Source: a virus (lineage: Duplodnaviria; Heunggongvirae; Uroviricota; Caudoviricetes). From it: a stretch of DNA of 10,933 nt. The notes below the pieces were generated by a model. That model ran no database searches. It saw only the letters and a program-made list of their open reading frames with translations, and was not told the origin of the DNA. The stretch lies in IMG/VR virus record IMGVR_UViG_2634166457_000009; one strand, 5' to 3'. This document shows, piece by piece, positions 1 to 10,260 of the stretch. The stretch's first letter is position 1, and each line of letters opens with the position of its first letter. The translations under genes were made by a program, and so were the position numbers.

Positions 1-94
1 ATTACCCAGCGTTGCGGTAACCGTATGCGTGCCCGCTTTTTTGCCTTTGAGGGTGACATGCGCTTCGCCATTGGCCTGAGTGATGGCAATACCG

Positions 95-97
<3 letters not shown>
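1..97 (-). pseudogene. yeeJ: Downstream continuation of the yeeJ-like adhesin coding sequence, displaced by one frame relative to ORF 95..3682; continues past the window edge
   Basis: Reverse complement of 1..93 translates in the alternate frame to GIAITQANGEAHVTLKGKKAGTHTVTATLGN, the same Ig-like repeat pattern as inside the ORF (e.g. GVAIASLTGTLAGTHMITARLANSN). The main frame ends at TAA (97..95) immediately after an A4 run (plus-strand CTTTTC, 98..103). Confidence 0.6.
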
Positions 98-3682
<3,585 letters not shown>

Positions 3683-3873
3683 GCTTACCTTCCCTGAACG
3701 AGCTAACATAAATGCGCCCTTTCTAGCACAGCGAAAAAAAGTAAATCCTGATAGCAATATGATTGAAAATTAATAACTTTTCGTTAAGCAGTTTTGGGTG
3801 TGAGTTGCAAGAGGGGAGACTACTGAATTACTCAAGTTTTATAATCGAGGGGAAAATGGTGATGGCGTCCATA

Positions 3874-3908
3874 GCAAAACGCCCTCAACCATAAAGGTCG
3901 AGGGCGCT
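3874..3908 (-). terminator. Rho-independent terminator downstream of tRNA-Asn
   Basis: On the minus strand GCGCCCTC-(13 nt loop)-GAGGGCG followed by TTTT; 7-bp GC-rich stem at 3880..3886 / 3900..3906, about 90 nt past the tRNA 3' end. Confidence 0.5.
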
Positions 3909-3994
3909 TAAGATGTCAAAAACCCGCTATCCGTTAAAAAGCAATGCTCAACTAAGGTCAGTGACATTGCGCTAAAAAGCGAATTTTTAGAATT

Positions 3995-4070
3995 TGGCTC
4001 CTCTGACTGGACTCGAACCAGTGACATACGGATTAACAGTCCGCCGTTCTACCGACTGAACTACAGAGGA
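3995..4070 (-). tRNA. asnT: tRNA-Asn (anticodon GUU), 76 nt including CCA
   Basis: Reverse complement reads TCCTCTGTAGTTCAGTCGGTAGAACGGCGGACTGTTAATCCGTATGTCACTGGTTCGAGTCCAGTCAGAGGAGCCA, matching E. coli tRNA-Asn; anticodon loop CU-GUU-AA. Symbol asnT assigned from its position between yeeJ and mtfA. Confidence 0.95.
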
Positions 4071-4088
4071 ATCATGTGAACGGGGCGC

Positions 4089-4117
4089 ATATTACTTAGC
4101 GGTACCTTGTCTGTCAA
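4089..4117 (-). promoter_or_regulatory. Sigma70 promoter for tRNA-Asn with GC-rich discriminator
   Basis: Minus strand: TTGACA (4117..4112), 17-nt spacer, TAATAT (4094..4089), then GCGCCCCG discriminator; tRNA 5' end 18 nt downstream of the -10. Consensus -35, optimal spacing and GC discriminator are typical of stringently controlled tRNA promoters. Confidence 0.6.
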
Positions 4118-4170
4118 CACTAAATTTCATAAGTCATTTCAATTGGTTAATTAATCTGCAAAGTTGTTAA

Positions 4171-4968
4171 TTAATGAACATTCGTCGCCGAAAACGAGTC
4201 TGTATCATTAGCGTGATGCAGTCTCTGCAAAGGATCTTGTTGATAAAATTGGCAGAAACGTTGCCACAATGAAGGGAAACGAGGAGCAAAAAGTTCTGGG
4301 GCGCTAAAGAAATATTCAGAAAGTACGGCAAAACATTCAGCAGGATCACTGGCAGCATAAGCATCAATGCTCGCCGCATTCTCGCCAACCAATTCGATTT
4401 CTTCCTGAATGTTGTTCATTGCAGCATGAAGATCGTGTTCCCAGCCAGCAACCTCACGCAACGGAATAAAGGGAACTCCGCTGGCGCGATCGCCGTTACG
4501 GGTGTCCAGCTTATGAGCGACTTCATGAATAATCAGGTTAAAACCAGAAGCATCAAAAGAATCTTGTATATCCAACCAGTTCAAAACGATAGGCCCTTGC
4601 TGCCAGCTCTGACCTGACTGAACAATACGTTGGTTATGCACCAGACCGATATCGTCTTCCCATTCATCATCGACCACAAATGGCGCAGGATAAATTAAGA
4701 CTTCATGAAAACCATCCAGCCATTCCAGTCCTAACTCCAGAACGGGCAGGCAAAATAGAAGTGCTATCCGGCAGCTTCTTAATGAATCCAGTTCAAAGCC
4801 CTGTAAAGGAACAAGCCGCTTTTGCTGTAAAAAACGTTCGGCAAGAGTGACTAATTTGCTTTGTTCCTGTTCCGTCAGACACGTTAAAAGGGGGATCGAT
4901 AGTGCTTCCTGCCAGGGAAGGGCAGTTTGATGTGCTGATTCTTGTACTTTCCAGGGCCACTTAATCAT
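4171..4968 (-). CDS. mtfA: MtfA (Mlc titration factor A), zinc-dependent peptidase, 265 aa
   Basis: ORF track 4171..5007 begins at GTG; the annotated-like start is ATG at 4968 ([14 protein letters not shown]...). HEVAHKLD HExxH metalloprotease motif present. Located between asnT and serU as in E. coli. Confidence 0.9.
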   Translation of the reverse strand: MIKWPWKVQESAHQTALPWQEALSIPLLTCLTEQEQSKLVTLAERFLQQKRLVPLQGFELDSLRSCRIALLFCLPVLELGLEWLDGFHEVLIYPAPFVVDDEWEDDIGLVHNQRIVQSGQSWQQGPIVLNWLDIQDSFDASGFNLIIHEVAHKLDTRNGDRASGVPFIPLREVAGWEHDLHAAMNNIQEEIELVGENAASIDAYAASDPAECFAVLSEYFFSAPELFAPRFPSLWQRFCQFYQQDPLQRLHHANDTDSFSATNVH

Positions 4969-5061
4969 CGTTTTGCTCGCAAACTCGTCACTTGAACAAA
5001 ATTGCACGGACAGGGACTGTTAAAATGCCAAATTTCCTGGCATCATGGCAACCATCTGAAC

Positions 5062-5151
5062 GGAGAGATGCCGGAGCGGCTGAACGGACCGGTCTCGAAA
5101 ACCGGAGTGGGGGCAACTCCACCGGGGGTTCAAATCCCCCTCTCTCCGCCA
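5062..5151 (+). tRNA. serU: tRNA-Ser (anticodon CGA), 90 nt with long variable arm and encoded CCA
   Basis: GGAGAGATGCCGGAGCGGCTGAACGGACCGGTCTCGAAAACCGGAGTGGGGGCAACTCCACCGGGGGTTCAAATCCCCCTCTCTCCGCCA; anticodon loop CU-CGA-AA; class II tRNA. The two plus-strand ORFs overlapping it (4992..5177, 5002..5268) are artefacts. Confidence 0.95.
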
Positions 5152-5196
5152 AAATTCAATCATTTACACATCATTAAGTCAGTGACAAAAATCACA

Positions 5197-5227
5197 CTTG
5201 GAATTACTTGGAATATTTTCTTGGAAT
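5197..5227. repeat. Three direct repeats of CTTGGAAT (starts 5197, 5207, 5220), candidate arm-type integrase binding sites of attL
   Basis: aCTTGGAATtaCTTGGAATattttCTTGGAATatt; spacing 10 and 13 bp, immediately prophage-side of the tRNA-Ser 3' end and overlapping the last codons and stop of int. Lambda attP/attL P' arms carry tandem arm-type sites in this position. Confidence 0.4.
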
Positions 5228-6229
5228 ATTATCAGGTAACGGGACATCAAGTGTTGGTGAAACTTTAACCTTTCTGTCATAGATTAGCACTTGCCCTTCG
5301 GTTTTGTGACCAGAGAAAAGTTGCTTATCCCGGCTGCTTCCTTCATAGTCTGAAATTCCTTTCGACTTCAGATCATGAAAGGTGAAGTCGGTTAAAATAC
5401 CTGAAATTTTTCCAGCACGATTTCTTGCTTCTACCCACATTTCGTTAAAGCCTTTGTACATATATCGGTTGCCGTATTGATTGCTGATCACATAGGCAGA
5501 TTTTGGTAACTGTTTTGCTTTTTCGATCGCTGCCTGTAATCGTGGACTCCATGCTTTTATCTGTTTTTTTCCGGTTTTCCCTTGCTGGATGAATATCCCG
5601 TCGTTTCCAATCTGTTCCCATTTCAGCGATAACACATCGGAAACCCTCGCTGCACACAGATAGGCAATTTCCATTGCGATAAAAACAGGAAGAGGCGCAA
5701 CGCTTAATACTGCCTGGTATTCCTTGTCGGTTATATATCGTTCGCGGTTTTTGGCCTTGAATTTACTTACACCTGCACATGGGTTAGCCTTCACGTACCC
5801 TCGCTCATATCCCCAACTGTAAACACGGGACATGCTGCTTTTTTCATGGTTGGCTTGCGTTTTGCTCTGTTCCCCTCTTTTGTCCATGTATCGACGGATG
5901 TGTTCTGGTTTTATGGAATCCGCCGGTACCTTACCGAATACGGCAAGCAACTTTTTCTGATGTTGCAGATAATCTTTTTGTGTTCTTGGACTGAGGTCAC
6001 TGTAACAGGCGCTGGTGAGGAATTTTTCCCACAATCGACCGAATGTCATTGCACGATCACGATTATTTACAGTTTCCTCATACTTTTTCCATAAAGCAGC
6101 TAAACCATCCTTGATGGCGGTTAGTGTTACAGATTCTCTGGATGTTGGTTTCCATACATAACTATATTTATTTGGGTATACATTTGGAGGTAATTTTTCG
6201 TGTTCAGGATTTTTCCTTCGTCTTCCCAT
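5204..6229 (-). CDS. int: Lambda-family tyrosine integrase (site-specific recombinase), 341 aa
   Basis: N-terminus MGRRRKNPEHEKLPPNVY resembles the lambda Int arm-binding domain; catalytic-domain landmarks AARVSDVLSLKW (Arg), QQGKTGKK (Lys), FHDLK, SGHKTEG, VLIYDRK (Tyr). ATG at 6229..6227 overlaps the upstream gene's TGA by 1 nt. Gene abuts a tRNA 3' end. Confidence 0.95.
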   Translation of the reverse strand: MGRRRKNPEHEKLPPNVYPNKYSYVWKPTSRESVTLTAIKDGLAALWKKYEETVNNRDRAMTFGRLWEKFLTSACYSDLSPRTQKDYLQHQKKLLAVFGKVPADSIKPEHIRRYMDKRGEQSKTQANHEKSSMSRVYSWGYERGYVKANPCAGVSKFKAKNRERYITDKEYQAVLSVAPLPVFIAMEIAYLCAARVSDVLSLKWEQIGNDGIFIQQGKTGKKQIKAWSPRLQAAIEKAKQLPKSAYVISNQYGNRYMYKGFNEMWVEARNRAGKISGILTDFTFHDLKSKGISDYEGSSRDKQLFSGHKTEGQVLIYDRKVKVSPTLDVPLPDNIPRKYSK

Positions 6230-6432
6230 CAGATCGCACCAAAATTCGGCTCTACCTCGCGTGGTGGTAAAGTTTTATTGCAGGTAAATAGATCCCGGCT
6301 GACAATCGGTTTGCCACTACGATTGGTATAGAACGGAAGCCCGTTTTCCATTAACCATTTTCGCTGGTGGCTTGCATATTTGCAGCCCGTTAATATTAGC
6401 AATTCATCTTCGGTTAAAAATAAGCTGCTCAT
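6229..6432 (-). CDS. xis: Small excisionase-like protein (DUF4224-type), 67 aa
   Basis: MSSLFLTEDELLILTGCKYASHQRKWLMENGLPFYTNRSGKPIVSRDLF fits the LT.EL..LTG....Q..WL...G.PF...R.G.P.V pattern recalled for DUF4224 proteins found beside phage integrases; stop overlaps int start (TGATG), indicating translational coupling. Confidence 0.7.
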   Translation of the reverse strand: MSSLFLTEDELLILTGCKYASHQRKWLMENGLPFYTNRSGKPIVSRDLFTCNKTLPPREVEPNFGAI

Positions 6433-6449
6433 AGCTATATCTCATAACC

Positions 6450-6475
6450 GCCGCTAACTATATACGGTTAGCGGC
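6450..6475. repeat. Perfect 9-bp inverted repeat (GCCGCTAAC / GTTAGCGGC, 8-nt loop) in the intergenic gap between the exonuclease gene and xis
   Basis: accGCCGCTAACtatatacgGTTAGCGGCaatt; no adjacent U-tract on either strand, so not a canonical intrinsic terminator. Confidence 0.5.
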
Positions 6476-6490
6476 AATTAGGGTTGAACA

Positions 6491-8932
6491 TTAAAAATCA
6501 GCCTGACTCGGGATCAGTTTTTGCCAGATAGCTGAAACGTATTTTGCCTGGTAACGAGCGTCATCAAGTGCATTATGGCGCTCACCTTCGAATGGGATAG
6601 CAGTTCTGGCATCGAAGTCTATGGCTTTCCCCAGCTCAACGATTGTGCGTACATCGCGATCGTTGCAGTAGCGCCACGGGCAGGGGATACCCTGTCGTTC
6701 GTATGAACGGCGTAAAATCACGTTGTCGAAGTTGGCCCCATTACCCCAGACCTGAACAAAAAATTCACCGGAGTTTTCGTCGATAAATTCCCGCAATTGC
6801 AGTAGTGCATCATCTAACGGGATTTCATCGGTCATAATGGCAGACTGCGCTTCACGTGATTGCTTCAGCCACCATTTAATGACGTCACGATCAATGACTC
6901 CGCCAGCAGTATCCAGATCGATGGTCTTGCTAAATTCCGGTCCCATATCTCCGGTTTGTGGATCGAAAAATATTGCGCCTATTGAGATAATCGGGGCATC
7001 GGGATTTTTTCCCATGGTTTCAAGGTCGATCATCAGATGAATCCCCGTTCTGCTGGTGGATGTGAGCTTATGATGACCATTCACCTTAATTAAGGGATCT
7101 GTCGACTCGCCAGTTTTATTATCGCTGGCGTGATGCTGATTGCCGCCAGGGTTCTCCTTGTGTGGATGTTCAGCGCCTTCCATTTCCTCCGTATCATTTT
7201 CCTGAACTTCAACCTGATTCTCTTCATCGAATGTTTCCTGGTATGTTGCGTCGCCCATCACCGCGCCACAATCAGGGCAGTTGCCGCCACCGCTCTGACC
7301 GCAGACGGTGCAGACTTTTTCCGGTTCCTGTTGCGCTACTGGTTCGGATTGTTTCGTTTCTGGCTCGTTTTGTAACGCATTTGGGCTGTTTTGTTCCGCT
7401 TTTTGGTCGTTCCGTTCCGATTCATGCTGGTTCTGGTTCACAGAATCGCGAGTCTGGATCCCCTTGACCCATTTCGGATCATTAGGGTCGCTAATCCCCT
7501 CAACAAATTCACCACGCGATACAGCAAGTAACTTATCGGCGTCAGGCTGGCTGATATTGGCTGCCTGCATAATTTTGTTTACTTCGTCAGCGGTGACTTT
7601 TACTTGGTTAGCGGAACTCACCTGCGACTGAGCATCCAGCGACTGCGCGTTCTGGCAATGTTCAGTTGTATCCGGTTCCATTGTTTCAGTTGTTGCCTGT
7701 TCACCTGCCATTGCGTCAGATGGTTGTGGTTTTTCTTCTTCTGTTTCACGCTCAGTAACCACCTCGCGGTTAATTTCTTCCAGGATATCTTTTTCCGGCG
7801 TATGCCGGGCAGCTGTGAGAGTTTCCTTGCTGGGGTTCTCGTGATCTGTTTCCGTCAAATAGGCGTTGATATACCCCTGAAGGCGTCCCGGGTAGTGATA
7901 AAATTCAGGGTGTGCGCTTCGGATAAGTGCAAAAATAGCGGCGCGGGAATAGTCCAGAATACCCGGGGTTGCACGAAGTGCTGCGGACCATTCTTTGAAC
8001 GGACTTTCTTTTTTCAGGACGACTTTTTTTGCGCGACGATAAACGCTGCCCGGAATTTCATAAATATTAAAATCCATCGGAAGTGTGGCTGCTGCAATCT
8101 CCACATCCAGTGTGTCGAGGGTGTGTACTAAATTCGGATTGCGATCGGTTTTGTTCCCACCGCCAGCATTAGCACCGGAAGCCGTGCGGGTGATGCGTGA
8201 AACACGATTTCCTTTCATCCACTCTTTTGTCAGCAGACCCCGATCGGTGTAGTCAGCGCCCAGGTATGCTTCGAAAAAAGCAGTCATCAGTCCCAGGTCT
8301 GAATTACCAGGATTAGGGAAAACTTTGTCCGTGTCACGAACCAGTTTGTGGAGATCGCGAATTTCCAGTGGTTCGAGTTGCGCAGCTTTATTTGAGATGG
8401 CCAGCGCGGTAACGGCGGGAAGTTTTTCATCCTGTGCGTTATGTAATGCGCGCAGTTCGCCCCGCGAAACGTGTGTGATCGGTTTTTCGCTGCCGTGCTG
8501 TGCCAGCCATCGAACAGGCAGAATCTGACCTGAAACCGGCAGGAGCATGTTCTCCTCAATCTCAGTCATGTCTTCGCCGTTGACGTTGGTATTGTCAGTG
8601 CTGGCTGGTTTGTCCTGAACAGAGGGCGAGGGTGCGATAAGTACCATTGTGATACCATCTTCCCCGCCTTTTTCGTATCGGTTGCAGAATTCGGTATCAA
8701 ACACGCCTTCCGGAGGAAGGTCATTCACAACGGGTAAATGGACGCGAACAGGTTTTTTAAAATCCTCTTCGTCAAATCCGGCATCGTCCATTGCGACAAC
8801 ACCGCGTGATATTGCAACCGATAATTTTTTTGCTGTGCGCCAGTAAAAACCGCCTTTAATCCCAAGACGTTTTCTGACTTTGTCATTTTTGGCTTCGTAA
8901 TATAGTGCAATTTCTTCTTTATCAGCGCTCAT
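6491..8932 (-). CDS. Large prophage exonuclease, 813 aa: RecE-like (exodeoxyribonuclease VIII-type) N-terminal and central region, C4 zinc-ribbon motif, acidic Q/E-rich linker, C-terminal DnaQ-like DEDDh 3'-5' exonuclease domain
   Basis: C-terminal motifs HLMIDLETMG (Exo I), VWGNGANFDNV (Exo II), ERHNALDDARYQAKY (Exo III, DEDDh). CTVCGQSGGGNCPDCG zinc ribbon. Segments such as NTNVNGEDMTEIEENMLLP and SRGEFVEGISDPNDPKWVKGIQTRD resemble Rac RecE as I recall it (not verified). ATG at 8932 with GAGG 9 nt upstream. Confidence 0.85.
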   Translation of the reverse strand: MSADKEEIALYYEAKNDKVRKRLGIKGGFYWRTAKKLSVAISRGVVAMDDAGFDEEDFKKPVRVHLPVVNDLPPEGVFDTEFCNRYEKGGEDGITMVLIAPSPSVQDKPASTDNTNVNGEDMTEIEENMLLPVSGQILPVRWLAQHGSEKPITHVSRGELRALHNAQDEKLPAVTALAISNKAAQLEPLEIRDLHKLVRDTDKVFPNPGNSDLGLMTAFFEAYLGADYTDRGLLTKEWMKGNRVSRITRTASGANAGGGNKTDRNPNLVHTLDTLDVEIAAATLPMDFNIYEIPGSVYRRAKKVVLKKESPFKEWSAALRATPGILDYSRAAIFALIRSAHPEFYHYPGRLQGYINAYLTETDHENPSKETLTAARHTPEKDILEEINREVVTERETEEEKPQPSDAMAGEQATTETMEPDTTEHCQNAQSLDAQSQVSSANQVKVTADEVNKIMQAANISQPDADKLLAVSRGEFVEGISDPNDPKWVKGIQTRDSVNQNQHESERNDQKAEQNSPNALQNEPETKQSEPVAQQEPEKVCTVCGQSGGGNCPDCGAVMGDATYQETFDEENQVEVQENDTEEMEGAEHPHKENPGGNQHHASDNKTGESTDPLIKVNGHHKLTSTSRTGIHLMIDLETMGKNPDAPIISIGAIFFDPQTGDMGPEFSKTIDLDTAGGVIDRDVIKWWLKQSREAQSAIMTDEIPLDDALLQLREFIDENSGEFFVQVWGNGANFDNVILRRSYERQGIPCPWRYCNDRDVRTIVELGKAIDFDARTAIPFEGERHNALDDARYQAKYVSAIWQKLIPSQADF

Positions 8933-9009
8933 TGATAAACCTCGTAACTATTTTTAGGGTGAACAAATCCCTGCCATTTCTGACATATAAAAATGAAACC
9001 GGATATTAA

Positions 9010-9213
9010 TTACGGTGCTGTTTTAAGTCCTGCCGGGACTTCGTTATTATCCATGCGAATAACTTTATCGACCGGATAACAGTTACCGGGAATTTTCTGT
9101 TCCGCTGCGGCAGCCATGCACTCTTTCATTGAGCCATATATACCAGTAACCACATCAACCGGTTCGCCCGTATTAAGAAAAGCAGTCAGAACGAGTGCGA
9201 ATGCTGTATTCAT
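9010..9213 (-). CDS. Hypothetical small protein, 67 aa, with hydrophobic N-terminus (possible signal peptide or membrane anchor) and two Cys
   Basis: MNTAFALVLTAFLNTGEPVDVVTGIYGSMKECMAAAAEQKIPGNCYPVDKVIRMDNNEVPAGLKTAP; start chosen at the internal ATG (9213..9211), which has AAGGA 8 nt upstream and overlaps the upstream stop as ATGA. The longer track ORF (to 9267) has a poor RBS. Confidence 0.5.
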   Translation of the reverse strand: MNTAFALVLTAFLNTGEPVDVVTGIYGSMKECMAAAAEQKIPGNCYPVDKVIRMDNNEVPAGLKTAP

Positions 9214-9398
9214 TGCCAGCGTCCTTTTTGCGTCGGGCGTAAACGGGCCAGCATTGAAGCAATACATATCTCATTTGATGAATCTGGCTCATGCTTTATC
9301 TGACTAATGGCATCCTCAATAAAGTTTTTATCGCCAGTGATAACGCCAATTTCAAAACGGGTCTCAGGCGTAGTGGAATTGAGTAATAACGTTTCCAT
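9210..9398 (-). CDS. Hypothetical small protein, 62 aa
   Basis: ATG at 9398 with GAGGA 9 nt upstream; stop TGA overlaps the start of the next ORF (ATGA); sits 10 nt downstream of the rha stop in the same operon orientation. No recognised motifs. Confidence 0.45.
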   Translation of the reverse strand: METLLLNSTTPETRFEIGVITGDKNFIEDAISQIKHEPDSSNEICIASMLARLRPTQKGRWQ

Positions 9399-9408
9399 TA
9401 TCGCGTCC

Positions 9409-9966
9409 TCAACGAGTAAATTTAAGTAACTGCTCTACGGTCATATTTTTAATTGCGCCCGGATTTACAAGAGTCCATCCCTGTTTTTCCAGATAAAAGC
9501 GGAAGGTATCCAGGGTGCAGACCATTGCGCCGTCAGGAACGGTTTCAGTGAATTCAACATTGCCGAATTTGTCGAAGTGAACAACCAGAGTGCGTCCATC
9601 TCCCGGAATAATTTTGTCAGCGGGTGGGGTATTATTCTGACGCAGCTCTGCCTCCATGCGGTCGAACTCAGCGATGTAGGCCTCTTTGAATGCAGCGGCT
9701 TTTTTACCAGTGAAGCCCATCACCAGGAAAACGAAGCCGTTTTTGGTGATTTGGAACATTGGGAGTTTGCGTCCGGTTGAGTCGGTGTATTCGCTCGACA
9801 CAAAATTGTGCTCAGTGAATTTTGCTGAACAGTCCAGATTGCGAATTTTATCCAACACTCGTTCGTGGCGTTTGCCAAAGAACTCGGCGATCGCAACAGA
9901 CGTAGTGACAGCGCGACCATTTTCGATGGTTACGTCAGGGTGAGAAAGGACAGGGATAGTAGCCAT
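9409..9966 (-). CDS. rha: Rha-family phage regulatory protein (Phage_pRha domain), 185 aa
   Basis: RAVTTSVAIAEFFGKRHERVLDKIRNLDC...NFVSSEYTDSTGRKLPMFQITKNGFVFLVMGFTGKKAAAFKEAYIAEFDRME matches the conserved Rha core. Start placed at ATG 9966 (MATIPVLSHPD...) with GAGG 8 nt upstream; the track ORF extends to 10260 but that extension contains a terminator-like hairpin. Confidence 0.8.
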   Translation of the reverse strand: MATIPVLSHPDVTIENGRAVTTSVAIAEFFGKRHERVLDKIRNLDCSAKFTEHNFVSSEYTDSTGRKLPMFQITKNGFVFLVMGFTGKKAAAFKEAYIAEFDRMEAELRQNNTPPADKIIPGDGRTLVVHFDKFGNVEFTETVPDGAMVCTLDTFRFYLEKQGWTLVNPGAIKNMTVEQLLKFTR

Positions 9967-10127
9967 GATGGCAGCCTCGTTAGTGAATTTGATTAACTCA
10001 CCACCGGAGGTAGCAATCTCATGGGTGGTGAGACGTACAGGGTTGCTACAACCGGTCACTAACGAACCCGGCCAGTCTTGCGACTGCCCCGCACGCCCCA
10101 CCATAATTTGAATGTGGCTGTGCATTA

Positions 10128-10160
10128 CGCATAAAAAAACCGCCTGAGCGCGGTTATGCG
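10128..10160 (-). terminator. Terminator-like hairpin with U7 tract in the leader upstream of rha
   Basis: Minus strand CGCATAA-CCGC-GCTCAG-GCGG-TTTTTTT-ATGCG: inner CCGC/GCGG stem (extendable by two A-U pairs) followed by seven U; outer arms CGCATAA/TTATGCG can also pair, leaving a 5-U bulge. Short stem, so weak. Confidence 0.3.
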
Positions 10161-10260
10161 CGTTAGTGAACATCGGGGTAGCAATCCCGGCACCCGTTTT
10201 ATGAGGTGCAGGTGCACTATAATTCCACCCGTTCTGGTTTTCAATAGCTACATTCAACAT

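Noticed and set aside
4167-4388. Minus-strand 73-codon ORF overlapping the 3' end of mtfA
   Set aside because: Out-of-frame overlap with the well-supported mtfA gene.
4992-5268. Plus-strand ORFs 4992..5177 and 5002..5268
   Set aside because: They overlap the tRNA-Ser gene and the integrase 3' end; the tRNA assignment is unambiguous.
6837-8846. Plus-strand ORFs antisense to the 813-aa exonuclease gene (e.g. 7604..8131, 175 codons), minus-strand ORFs 8287..8559 and 8725..8910, and plus-strand 5846..6094 antisense to int
   Set aside because: Cys/Phe-rich, low-complexity translations typical of antisense or off-frame reading of a real gene; no starts with an SD.
9010-9267. 85-codon reading of the small ORF starting at 9267
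   Set aside because: Poor RBS and it overlaps the 62-codon ORF by 58 nt; the internal ATG at 9213 has an SD and forms an ATGA junction.
9967-10260. N-terminal 98-codon extension of the rha ORF (start at 10260)
   Set aside because: It contains a hairpin plus U7 tract, has no recognisable domain, and the internal ATG at 9966 gives a canonical Rha N-terminus with a good SD. Kept as a lower-probability alternative.
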